A stretch of DNA of 64,000 nt, from NCBI RefSeq assembly GCF_018350175.1, contig NC_058368.1, positions 193,256,001-193,320,000 of the forward strand, in the 5' to 3' direction. Each line of letters opens with the position of its first letter. Position 1 is the first letter of the stretch. The stretch comes from Felis catus. Its lineage: Eukaryota. The notes beneath the pieces were generated by a model, which saw only the letters and a list, made by a program, of their open reading frames with translations, was not told the DNA's origin and searched no databases. Positions 13,011 to 31,010 of this stretch are shown in pieces. Made by a program: the position numbers and the translations under genes.

Positions 13011-13889
13011 AGTGCAAAGTCATTTGAGTGCCAGATGACCTGAGTTCATGTAACTCAAATATCTAATATTTTCTGAGTTTGTCATCTTGTTCCAGGCATC
13101 TGTATGTAGGATGGATGGCAGAAGTACTCTATTGATTAGACAAATAATGTCACCTCTCAGTGCCTTGTTTTCTTAAATTCATATCCATGTATTTAGATCA
13201 AATAATATCCTTTATTCATAAAGCCTTAAGTAAACTGTAATATTGCAGCATCATTGATGTTCTCGGACATATAAGAGCTCATTCTCTACTCTGGGCCTTT
13301 CTAGGATAATGTTGTATAAGTTTCTGAGATAAAAGTCTCTTCCTTGCCCAAACACTCTCTTTTGGATCCCCTTTGGACTTTGTCTAAACTTGTACAGAGA
13401 ATCTTTTAAGTTGTTTGAGGCAAAGATGCATGATTGATAAATACCAGGCCATTTGGTTTCCCTTTATTTGGTATATTCAGTTATATTTGCCCTCCTAAAG
13501 ATACCTTTGTTTCTTAATTTTCAGACAGTTAACTTAAAATTCTTCAATATATTTTCATTACTCTTTAAATAAGGACAAAAATCCTTTACAAAATGCTTCC
13601 CTACTTCATTCTCCAATCTCAACTTAACCTTTTCTCCTTTTTATTACCTGTTCCTGGAGCACTTGGCTTCTTTTAGTTCACTGACTGTACCATGATTTCT
13701 TACCTTAGAATTTTTGCACATGCTGTTCCCTTTGGCTGGAGTATTCATCTCTTCCCCTCCTCTTACTTTACCTTGTTAACTCCTATTAACCTGTCATATC
13801 TCAGCTTGAGAAAAAAGCATGCTTGGAAAAGCCCTCTTGGCCACATTCCATCCATCCTGCACACCAGATTAGACCTTGTTATCTCTGAG

Positions 13890-14560
13890 TGTGTTTGAGA
13901 TCTTTTTTGTCTCTATAAGTTCTGCAGTTTCAAGTGGATCAGCTGCTGATTTTCATCTGCTTGGGACACATAACTTTGGAATCAGGGTTTTAATGTTTTC
14001 CATAAATACTGGAAAGTTCCCTTTAAATACTGCCTCTACTCCATTCTCTCTTGTCCCTGGGACTCACAGAAGATACACCTGGGATTTTGTTTTCTCTTTC
14101 AGGTCTCCTAACCTCTTTGTCAGGGTTTCTGTCTTTTTGTCTCTCTTTGTGATATTCTGAGGAATTATCTCCATTTTTCTCCCAGTGTAATAATTTTCTC
14201 TTCCACTTTGACTAATTTGTTGTTTACCCCTTCCATTGAGATATTATTACGTCCCTGAATTCTAATTGGTATTTTTCCAAATATGCCTGGTCCCTTGTGA
14301 CAGTGTCTTTTTCTTTTAAAAATATTTTCATTACTTAAATGCTTTTAGATGTACTTCTCATTCTTGTTCATGTGGATTGTCACATAATTTACAACTCTGC
14401 CTTGTTTATGGCAGCTCCTGAAGAGTCGGCTTATGCATTTCACTCTGGTTTTGATGACCTTTTTCTGTTTTGGCCTTGGGATTTCCTAATTTTCATAAAA
14501 ATGGCTATTTGTTATAACTTTATCCTCCATATTTAGGTTTTATAGTAGGAGTATTTATTA
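13890..14560 (-). mobile_element. Old, degraded L1 fragment
   Basis: T-rich + strand with L1-like phrases (TGCCTCTACTCCATTCTCTC, ATTTTCTCTTCCACTTTGACTAATTTGTTGTTTA); boundaries approximate. Confidence 0.45.
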
Positions 14561-14600
14561 TTCTGCTGTATGGCTGGAAGTAGGTGTCCTCCAGGTCTTT

Positions 14601-14752
14601 TATCAACTACCACCTGTCATAGTTGTCACGAACCATCAAACAACAATCACCTGTTGAATAAGTGTCTTCCCTGCAATATCAACTACCACCTGTCATAGTT
14701 GTCATGAACCATCAAATAATAATCACCTGTTGAATGACTGTCTTCCCTACAA
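14601..14752. repeat. Tandem duplication, 2 x 76 bp
   Basis: Units 14601-14676 and 14677-14752 differ at 6 positions by manual alignment. Confidence 0.93.
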
Positions 14753-15309
14753 GCATGTAATTCCATAGGCGTAGAGACTGTCCGGCTGTTCAAAATTGTA
14801 GCTCCAGGTCCAAGCCTAGAGCCTAGAACATTGCAGGGCTCAATATTATTGAAATGAATGAAAGATGTGGAGACAGAGGTAGCCCTGGATGTCAATGTGG
14901 GTTAAGAACCTCTCTTCATCCTTTTGCAACCTTTTTAAACACTTCTCATCTTTCTTTGAGCACTACCTTTCCCTAAAATTATTTAATCCCTCTGTAAATT
15001 GACATGATATCAGTGAATAACAGGTTATTTCACAGTGTGCTGCTTTTAATTATTTTCTATATAGATTTGAACTCACAATCACCTTGGACCTAGGAAGGGC
15101 TGGGATGAATATCCTCTTTTTACAGATGAGGAAGCTAAAGGTTGGAGAGATGACAAGACTTACCTTTGGTAAGACAGTAGTAAATCCCAGTATTAAATCT
15201 GTGTCTTTTGATCCCGAGTCTATAGGACTCTACCTTAGCTGTTTGGAATGAGTACCAGAACTTCTTTATGTGAGAGTAAAGTCTACTTTGCTTCTTTACT
15301 GAACTACTT

Positions 15310-15509
15310 ATTTGTTTGTTTGTTTGTTTGTCTTAATATTTTTTGAGAGAGCACAGTGGGGGAGGGGTTAGGGGAGGGGGACAGAGGATCCAAAGTGGGT
15401 TCTAACTCTGACAGCAGTGAGCCCGATGCAGGGCTTGAACTCACAAACCATGAGATCATGACCTGAGCCAAAGTTGGATGCTCAACTGACTGAGCCACCC
15501 AGGTGTCCC
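15310..15509 (-). mobile_element. Older, shorter CanSINE variant
   Basis: (TTTG)n tail, body ending CCCAGGTGTCCC; TSD tgaactactt/tgaaccacct. Confidence 0.9.
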
Positions 15510-16047
15510 TGAACCACCTTTTTTCTTGCTAAAGAAATACGTATTGGGGAAAGAACGGGTACTGCCATTCATGATACAGCCAGAGCCTTTAGGGCTCAAA
15601 CTACTTGACTTTCCATTTGGACAACGTGTTTACGTTTCTTTTAGACAAACATTATAAACCACCTTCTGTCAAAGAATCCAGGTTGCTGGAGAACTCTGTT
15701 CGTAACCTACTTGGATATGAGAGTATCTGGTAAAGGATGGTGTGTTATAGATCACACAACACAAACACAAGTTTCACTGATGTTTAACACATTTGGAGGG
15801 GTAAGGTGAGGCATGGGGAAGAACACATGGGCAGCAACAGTTATAGCAAGCTGAGGCCCCCAGGTCAATTCCAACCTCAGGGCTGAAGATCTCAGGTGAC
15901 TGGAATCTTCCAGGCTCACTGGTGTCCAAGAAGAGCCCCCGTGACAGCTTGCATTGTGGCACTGGAGCCCTGAGGCAGACACAGCAGCTTCATTCCTGAG
16001 GTAGGGAGGGGAGAGGGAGTACCAAGGAAGCAAATCTTGGCTACTTA

Positions 16048-21752
<5,705 letters not shown>

Positions 21753-22074
21753 TCAGAAGCATTGACATCAACTGCATAAGGCCATAGGGAAGGGCCAAGG
21801 GCCAGTCTAAGCCCTGTCAGCAGAGCCGTCAAGCCCTATTGCACCCTTCTCCTCTGTCAGCTAGATGTGATAATTCAAATGTCAGAGAGATTCATGTTGG
21901 CATTTTATTCCTTATTACAAGATAAGGACTTGTGTGGTTGCTGTCCTTCATGGGTGATAAAATCCCACAGGCATATATTCACACCACCTTTGCACATACA
22001 TATACATCAAGACATGTGCCAACAAAGACAGATATGTCAACACTTGACCACAAAATCACAAATATGTACAAACA

Positions 22075-22125
22075 TTATCTATCTATCTATCAATCTATCT
22101 ATCTATCTATCTATCATCTATCTGT
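22075..22125. repeat. (ATCT)n tetranucleotide microsatellite, imperfect
   Basis: tatctatctatctatcaatctatctatctatctatctatcatctatct. Confidence 0.92.
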
Positions 22126-23869
22126 CTTACAAACATCATTTTAATGCAGTTACATATACACCAAATGTTTGTGCACACACATATGAATTGCAAATGCATT
22201 TACACACATGATGCACACGTTTGACCATGTTCAGAAATGTTTCCAGATTGCCTTCTCATTACTCTTCTTTTGGCCTTCAAAGGCCACCAAAGTAATGGAC
22301 CAGAAGGAAAGGAAGGGAGAATGTATTGGAGGCAGAATGTGAACAGCTGTACTTTGGCCACTTTGGGGAAATGTCACTGTTGAGGGCAAGTACAGTTCTC
22401 CCCCCTACCACAGGGAAAGAGTTTGGCTGAAATAAAAGACAAAGCATATTTTGCACTGGATCCAAACAGCAACTATGACAATCACAAATGAGGTGAGAAA
22501 TTGTTCCTTGATGTTCTTAGAGTCCTAGACGCCTCTCTTATGCCCAACAATGAGGAGAGACATGACTAGTCAAGAATTCTATGATCTTTGAGATTTGGCT
22601 AGGAGGTTTCCAGTTCTAGAATATTTTTCCAAAGATATTACAAACTGATGTTGATGTCATATGATGTGGTATGGTGGACATACAGGGCATCAAATCATAC
22701 TGAATCATACAGTGATAAAGTTGCTTGCATTCTATTTTTCTTTCCATCCAGCTTGATTTGTTAAGTAAGTGTCATCCTGGCACTACTATAATTGTACATC
22801 CTTTCTAACATGTGCCTTGACAGCCTTAAGCTCAGAGCTTTCAGTAGGTGACAGTGCTTAACTAAAACTTAATACTTAACCACCAAAGAAATCACCAATA
22901 CAACCTATAAGTTTTACAGATAAATTCGAGTCTCAAATCACACGGACTCAGGAGCAGAACCCAGGCCTGCTAGCTTGCTTGATTGTTCCACAATGCTCTG
23001 AAAACCCTACCCGACCTTCTCTGTGTTATTCCCATGTTCCTGTGTGTCCCACTTTGTTTGCATGTCTTACAGGCTCCTTTTGATTCTAGGCAGACAGTGC
23101 TCACTTCAAAAAATTCAGCAAATATTTGTTGTTGCTTGCTATATGGAAAATAATGTTCTTAGATGCTTCCTATTAAAAGAGGAAATAAGAGGAAATTTAT
23201 TCAAAGGAATGAGATCAGGAGAGTGGAGCAAAGCTATGCCCTGTGAAGAATGGCTGCAGGAGGAGGGAACCAGAAAAAGAGACTTGGAGAGAGGTGTTCC
23301 CTGAAGGATTGATAGGAGGCTGCTGCCATGAGACCCGATTTAGGAGCACTTGGTACAAGTGTTTTAGCAATACAAGGAGTGGGTATTTGATAGGTAGGGT
23401 GGTGCAACAATGAGTTGACTATTCTGAGGGTGAGAGTGGGTTTCCCCATTTCTGAAGATGTTCACTTGGTGGACCATTCATGAAGAAGCTGTGTTGGTGC
23501 CTACTCTTAGTCCCCAGGGTACGACGTGCTGGAGACATGTCTACACAGAGGGTCATATATTACACAGGTCCAGCTTTCTCTCTTACTCCTCCCATCTCTC
23601 CCTTTCTGTGATTTGAAATGATAACTAGGTAGACCAGGATGCATGGCTCCCATTGGGCAGTCAAGCAAAATGAGATACAAAGAGGCAAACTTATTCTCTC
23701 CATGCTCTAGGGGTAGTACACATATGTACTCAAAATCACAGGATCTTCTTTTCACCTTAGGAGGTGGCAAATATCAGTGTCCTGGGGCTGTGTGAAGATG
23801 CTACTCTTTTCCCAACTCTGGGTGACCACAGTAGCATGTAAACTAGACTTCCCTCCATGCAGCCCCTCC

Positions 23870-24378
23870 TTCCACTCCTCTGCTGAATCAGTTTGAGTGG
23901 TCTTTTTAAAAACGTGAATTGTATTATGTTGCTTCTTTGCTTAAAATCCATGAAAGCCTTTCTCTTACACTTGGAATAAAATTCAAACTCCTTGGTGACC
24001 ATCAAGGTCCCATGTGGTCTGGCCCCTGGCCTGCTCGCCAGTGTGTCCACAACATGCTTTCTGTACTCTGGTCACACTGGGCTTTGTTTGGTTCTTTCTA
24101 TTCAAAAGTCTCATACCCTTATCACATGTCACTCTTGCCCCCACTCCCACCCCCATCATTGTTTCAACCCTATTCATCCTTCAGACCTCAACCCACCTAG
24201 CACTTTTTCAGCATTCAGGCTTAAGAATCTCAGAGCCTCATGTAGCCCACATTGTCATTGAAATTGGATCTCTGTGTGTTTGTTGACTATCATTCCCCTA
24301 GATCATAAGCTCCATGAGAGTAAAGAATCTTATAGCACCTAGCACAGAGTGGGCCTCAATAACAAGTGAATGCATGAA
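23870..24378 (+). mobile_element. L2 LINE 3' fragment
   Basis: GAATAAAATTCAAACTCCTT...TAGATCATAAGCTCCATGAGAG...AGCACCTAGCACAG...CTCAATAACAAGTGAATGCATGAAT, typical of an L2 3' end. Confidence 0.7.
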
Positions 24379-25746
24379 TATCACCTCTCTCATAACCTGC
24401 CAATTCTATTCACATTGGATTCTAGAGACCAGGAATATTTTTCAGGGCCAGGAGAATTCAAACTTGCTTATAGCCCAGGATGTCTGGAGTAACAGCCTCA
24501 AACCAAGTGTTCAGGATGGCTATTTCCTTTTCCAACATTACTGAACTGAGAGACCCAGCTAAAGTATCCCAAGTTGGGGATCATCTAGTGAAACTCAAAA
24601 CCCTCCCAAGAAAGTTCCAAGTCAATGGATACTTCTTCCCTGTTCTTCTTTAATTAATATTTATCTGCTAGGCATTGAGAGCAGCTTACCCTGCACACTA
24701 TTTCCCACATCCCCACCTATTTAATAAAGATACCAAAGAAGGAGTCTGTTGTTTAACAGCCAGTAAGTGTCATCTGTAGCATAACTGGAAGGTTGGGGGA
24801 AGAGACTCCTCAAAATGTGACATGATTCCAATGCTTCATTTGCATCTGATCCATGTGATAGGAACCTGAGTGTAACACACCATCCTTCTTCAGTTCAGAC
24901 TTGGTACAGGCTAAGCTGGGCCTCTGTCTAAGAACTCTGCATTTTCCCAGTTCCATACCAAAAGTAGGGAGATGGAGTTATTGGAGGCCAAGACTGGGAA
25001 TGAGTGTCTTTGCTCTTTCACTGACCAGCCCCATAACCTTGGCAAGTTGCCTGCCCAGCTGGGCCTCCGTCTTCTCTTCTGTGTAATGGGTGAGACTCAC
25101 TCTATGTCATGGTGAGAAACCAAAACTTTCAGAACTAGACTTAGTTGATTCTTTTCCTTTAACTGATACAAGTTATTGGAATTAAAATAGCACAGGGAAA
25201 AGCACTTTGAAAAGTGCTGTTGAAACATGAGGCATTATTTTTGTGATAATTATTCTCCTAAGGAGCTATAGGATAAATTCCTTAGTAGGGAAGAACAACT
25301 GTTATCTGGCCCGTGGAGGTATGCCTCATCACCTGAATTTTATTAGTCTTATAACTTGGCACAGCTCTTCCCTAAAGTCCCTAAGCCACTGAGGAATCCC
25401 TATGTTCCTCTAGAATTGGTCACAACTTATATGGCTTGTTGGGCTCTTTATCTTACTCAATCATCATTTACAGTACTATGAAATGGATGGGAGATGGATG
25501 AATATCCCCATTTTATAGATGAAAGATCTGCAGTTACATGACATAAGGTGACTTATCCAGGGTCATGTAGTGAGCCATTGGCAAATCTAGGACTAGGAAC
25601 CAGGACTTCATATTTCTTGTCCAGAAGTCTACCCACTGTAGAACATTACCTCCTTCACCAGATTCTGATTCATTTGTAGATGAGCACAGACTTCTTAAAC
25701 CCATGTCATCTCCCTGATGTTGGATCACAGCCATGATTCGCTTCTT

Positions 25747-25979
25747 TTTTTTTTTTTTTTTTTAATTTTTTTTTTTCAACGTTTATTTATTTTTGGGACA
25801 GAGAGAGACAGAGCATGAACGGGGGAGGGGCAGAGAGAGAGGGAGACACAGAATCGGAAACAGGCTCCAGGCTCTGAGCCATCAGCCCAGAGCCCGACGC
25901 GGGGCTCGAACTCAGGGACCGCGAGATCGTGACCTGGCTGAAGTCGGACGCTTAACCGACTGCGCCACCCAGGCGCCCC
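25747..25979 (-). mobile_element. Very young felid CanSINE (SINEC_Fc) with perfect 15-bp TSD
   Basis: TSD CATGATTCGCTTCTT at 25732-25746 and 25980-25994; long A-tail; CpGs largely intact. Confidence 0.97.
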
Positions 25980-26071
25980 CATGATTCGCTTCTTGTAAAG
26001 CTCAATGGGACATTTGGGAGCTACAGAAAGGAGTCTGACCACCAGCATCTCCAGAGAATTGGAAACCTATT

Positions 26072-26640
26072 TGTATTTGTTTTCTACCACTGCATAACAA
26101 ATCACCACAAACTTAGTGTCTTCTAACAGCACTCATTCATTGTCTCATAGTTCCGTAGATCAGAAGTCTGGGTTGGGGTATCTAGATTCTCCACTAAGGT
26201 CTCACCAAGCTGAAATCATGGTATTGGCTGGGGCTATGGTTCTTATCTGGAGTTCGGGTTGAACAACCTCACTGGTTGTTTGCAGTATTCACCTTCCTGT
26301 GGTCATGGGACCAAAGTCATTGTTTTCTGGCTGGCTGTCCACCCGAAGCTGTCTCAGCTTCTAGAGGTTGCCAGCATTCTGCATCACCTGTCTCCTCTAT
26401 CTTCAAGCCAGCAATAGTGTAGCAATCCCTCTTATTCTTTGAACCTCTCTGACTTCCACTAGTTGGAGAAAACTCTCTAAAGGGCTCATCTGTTTGGGTC
26501 AGGTCCACCTGGAAAAATCTCTGTACCTTAAAATCAACTGATTTGGGACTTCAAATTATACCTATAAAATCTCTTCACAGTAGTACCTAATTAGTGTTTG
26601 AATGACCAAGGGATAGGTATCTTTAGAAATGTGTGCCATA
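26072..26640 (-). mobile_element. MLT1-type MaLR solo LTR with 5-bp TSD
   Basis: TGTATTTGTTTTCTACCACTGCATAACAAATCACCACAAACTTAGTG is the reverse of an MLT1 3' end; CTATT flanks both sides (26067-26071 and 26641-26645). Confidence 0.8.
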
Positions 26641-26721
26641 CTATTTATCCATTCATTTTATAAACATTACTTGTATGGCAGGCACTGTTAGGCATTGCAG
26701 AGATAAAAGTGAATACACCAT

Positions 26722-26888
26722 GGGGTGCCTGGCTGCCTCAGTTGGTTGAGTGTCTAGATTTCAGCTGAGGTCATGATATCATGGTTCATGGGATCAAACC
26801 CTGCATCAGGCTCTGAACTAACAGCACGGAGCCTGCTTGGGATTCTCTCTCTCCCTCTCTCTGTCCCTTCCCTGCTGATGCATGTGCG

Positions 26889-26922
<34 letters not shown>

Positions 26923-26944
26923 AAATAAATAAATAAACTTAAAA
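26722..26944 (+). mobile_element. CanSINE
   Basis: GGGGTGCCTGGCTGCCTCAG head; TSD AAAAGTGAATACAC(C/A)AT. Confidence 0.93.
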
Positions 26945-27924
26945 AAAAGTGAATACACAATAGTCTCTGCCTTCCTTGCAGAAGATGGGAGGGCAGTGTA
27001 GCCTAGTGATTAAAACATAGGCTGTGGGGTCCAACACCCTGATTCTCTGCCAAATGTTTAGCACAGTGTTTGAAGCATAGTAAGCACTCAGTAGAACTAT
27101 CACCATCTTATATTAATGTCATAAATGGTAATTATAGTACTATCTTAATTATGTGACAAGTAAGAAAGTAGTACTAAGGGGACACAGAAAGACTTGATAA
27201 TTACTCTGCTGGCAGGTGTCAGGGACAATTATCAGAGGAAGAGAAACTTGTGCTTGGTTTTGGAGTATAAGTAAGAGACTGTTAAGCAGAATAGGTACAG
27301 TAGTAGGAGAAGGCTCAGTAGCTAGAGGTAAAAAGAGGACGTGAGTGGAATATTATCTCTTCTTCAACTCCCCAGTCATTGCAAGCAGAGCTCTAAGCAA
27401 CCCCTTCTGCTCCCCATCACACCATAATCCTTCTCCTATTACAATTCTAACCATGCTGCTGTAGTGATTTTTTAAAGATGCTATAATGATTATTACTTAT
27501 AGTATTATTGATGAACAGGGGTGATGCTTGGTTGAACTTGCTAAAACAGAGCCCATGGAAATTGGGAGGGGCAGGCTGCATGAAGAGATCAAAGTGACAG
27601 GGTCTGGTGATCCACGGGAGCAGGGGCTGTAGAAGAGGACAACGCTCAAATGGCAGTTCATGCCTACTGGGTGAATGGACTCTGACATGCTCTTGATGCT
27701 GGCTATAAGCTGTCTCTTCTTGTAAATGATGGTTTTTACTTTTGTTAATAAGACACTGCATATATTATTAAATGTGATGCTAATAGAAAACAGTAAGGCT
27801 CTGATGTGATCATTCTCTGCTTCTGATGGATATTTCCTGCCCTGTTCATGCATTAGGATTCACTGTAGGCCTTTAATTTTTTTTTTTTTTTATAATCTCT
27901 CATCTTAGATTTGTCATTCTAGAC

Positions 27925-28137
27925 CAGGGATAGGCAAACGTTTTCTGTAAAAGTCCAGGTAGTAAATATTTCAGGCTTTGTGGGCTTCATGTACTACTCA
28001 TCTCTGTTGTTGTAGTATGAAAACAGCCATAGACAATACATAAACATATGCACATGGCTGTATTCAAAAAAAATAATAATCATAAAAACACACAGCAGGC
28101 TGGTTTTGGTCTGTGGGCCACAGTTTGCTGACTCCTG
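27925..28137. mobile_element. MER58A-like hAT MITE
   Basis: CAGGGATAGGCAAACGTTTTCTGTAAAAGTCCAGGTAGTAAATATTT...GGGCCACAGTTTGCTGACTCCTG, with terminal inverted repeats. Confidence 0.8.
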
Positions 28138-28884
28138 CCCTTAATCCTATTGTGAATGTCAGAGACTTTTGATTTAAGTGAGTATGCTACAGTAGTCAAG
28201 AAATATATTAGCATCTATCTAGTTATTAGTCCCTCCAGGTAAACATCCAGATAAAATATTGCAATGATTCATTTGATAATGACTTTTGTGCTATCTTCAA
28301 GGAGAAAGTAGAGGGCATTGGTGAGGAGAATGGGCCCAGGGGTCAGATAAAGCAGGATGGAGTCTTGTCTCATTACTTACTGGTTGTATGACTTTGGGCA
28401 AGTCACTGAATCTCTTTGTGCTTGTTTCTTTACAAAATGAAGTAATTGTACTCATGGTGTTTTTAAGAATTAAACATGAAAATACAAATGAAGGATGTAG
28501 CACAGTGCCTGGCACAGAGTAAGCATTTCAGGATGGAAGTCTTCACATAGTGCAAGGAGCAATAGCCTGCTTGGAGGTAAGGGAGTAGATGCCATGGCCA
28601 GGGACTTTAGGAAATCAGATCCTTGAGACCAATGTGGGGAATGGAAAGTCATTAAAAAGCAATCAACATTCGATCCTGTCAACCTACTCTCTGGGACAAT
28701 TCTGACAAGGAATTGGATATGGACATTCTTCTTCATTTCAAAAGCATTTCCTGTCATCCCCAAGAGGAAGGAGACGAAGGGACACTTCCTGTGTGCCTTC
28801 ATTCAGCCAAGTTCAAGAGTTCACTGAGTTCAACCTATTTCCTTTTGTCATCTGCTTCCAATGGCTATTTTTAAAAAGTAATGA

Positions 28885-29110
28885 GGGGCGCCTGGGTGGC
28901 TCAGTTGGTTGAGCATCCGACTTCGGCTCGGGTCATGTCTCACAGTTCGTGAGTTCGAGCCCCGTGTCGGGCTCTGTGCTGACAGCTCAGAGCCTGGAGC
29001 CTGCTTCACATTCTGTGTCTCCCTCTCTTTCTGCCCCTTCCCTGCTCATGCTGTGTCTCTCTCTGTCTCAAAAATAAATAAACATTAAAAAATTTTTTTT
29101 AAATAAAAAA
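28885..29110 (+). mobile_element. CanSINE with perfect 13-bp TSD
   Basis: TSD TAAAAAGTAATGA at 28872-28884 and 29111-29123. Confidence 0.95.
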
Positions 29111-29849
29111 TAAAAAGTAATGAAAACGTGGGTGTGAAGGCAGAAACTCAGATGGTCTGCCTGTAAATTAGTGGGAGAAACAAATGTCCATCTTGGCTAA
29201 TTACTGAGCTGAGCTATGTTTGGAGAGAGGCTTACTGGGGATCAGGTATGAAGGTTCCCAGACCAGGGTAAATAGCTCTGGTCAAATGCAAGAATTTTAT
29301 TCGTGAGGCCACTTAATCTGAGACGCTATGTTTGGATGGCAAATCATCCATTTGTCACCAGCTGCAAATCACCCAGCACTTCCCTGGCACAGCAGAAGTG
29401 ACTCGTTTTAATTTCCCCAGCTGCTGGCCACTGTGTTCTAACACTGTGGCAGCAGGGTGGGCCTTGGACTCCTGTGGCGAGTCCCAGGGGTGGGAAGCTG
29501 GGGGCTGGACAACAAGCTCTAAGTTTGCAGCATATGCAGAGCTATGTTTCAAAATGGAAAATTGTTTTCCATTTAGGTGGGCTATGGGAGTGTCGCACGG
29601 GTGCAGTTTGCAAAAGAATGGATGTAAATGAGTTCAGTTATTCTTAAAAATGTACTGATTCATTGGTTCACTCTGAGTATCAGTTTTCACACCTGAAAAT
29701 GGGAATAATGATATCCATCTCATGGATGGTAAGAATTCCAGGAGTAAGTAATGTCTTGCACAGACAGAGCAGGGCTCGAGATGTCATCTGTAATAATGGT
29801 GATTATTCGATGATTTCTTCTAGAAACACTCCTCTTAGCTTCTAGGTCC

Positions 29850-31010
29850 ATTCTTGCCTCAGTCTCCTCCTATCTCTCAGTTTACTCCTTCTTAGTCTTT
29901 TTGTTGTTGTTGGGTCTTCCTTTCTTCCCAATATTAAGCTCTTTCTGTTCCCAAAGCTCGGGTCTCAGCCCTGTTACTATAACTGCCTACCATCTTGCCC
30001 CAGCTGACCTCCTCCAGTCCAAGTCCTTTATTCATAGATGCTGACCACTCCCAAATTTAAATCTCCAGGCCCTCTCCCAACCTTTAACATGTGTATCTAA
30101 CTGCCTCCTTGACACCTCAAACCTGAAATATCTAACACAAAATTCTTAATGAATGTCCACCAAAAAGCCCCAAATCAATACAACATTACTGACGAGTTCT
30201 TCTCCTTCCTCATCTCAGGAAGTGACATAACTGTCCATCTGGCCGTTCAAACCTAATACCAGGGAGACATTTCTGCCTTGTCTCTTTATCTCACCCCCAC
30301 ATCCAGTCCCTCCCATCCAATCACGCCCATAGTTGCAGATAACATTCTCTGCACTAGATATCAATCAGTGTCACATTTCATTGCTGCTTCTCTGGTCCTT
30401 GTATAATCCATGTACACACAGCAGCCAGAAGATCTTTTAAAACTGTAAATAGAGTCATGTTGTTCCTCACCCCAGTTAAAATTTGTCACAGTAACATCCA
30501 AATGCTCTGCTGGGGTCAACCTGAGCTGGTCCATCTCCAACCTCATCTTGTACCACCTTTCCTATCATTGCCATGCCCCAGCCTCACTGGCCATCTTGCA
30601 GTTCCTAGAATACAGCAAATTCTTTCCCATCTCGGGACCTTTGCAACAGTTGTTTCCTCTGCCTGGAATTCACTTCTCTGCAATTGTCCCAAACATGCCT
30701 CTATCTACCCTTTAGATTTATGTTCATACGTCGCCTCCTCACAGACACCCCTCTAGGTATTGTCTTTGCCACCCATGTCTCTCTCACCTCATTTCCTTTT
30801 TTCATAGCACTTATCAAAGTCTGAAATGATCTTTCTATAAATTATGTATTTATCGATCGATTTATTCATTTATTATCTGTCTTTCTCCACTAAAATGTAA
30901 ATTCAGTGATGCCAGGGGTCTTATCTGTGTCATTCACTGCTATATCCCTGGTGCCTAGCACAGTGCCTGGCATAAAGCAGGTGCTCAATGAACATATACT
31001 GAATAAATTG
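29850..31010 (+). mobile_element. L2 LINE 3' fragment
   Basis: Pyrimidine-rich body ending GTGCCTAGCACAGTGCCTGGCATAAAGCAGGTGCTCAATGAAC...GAATAAAT. Confidence 0.75.

Noticed and set aside
28865..28874. MEF2 consensus CTATTTTTAA
   Set aside because: Degenerate AT-rich motif expected many times by chance; it overlaps a SINE target site.
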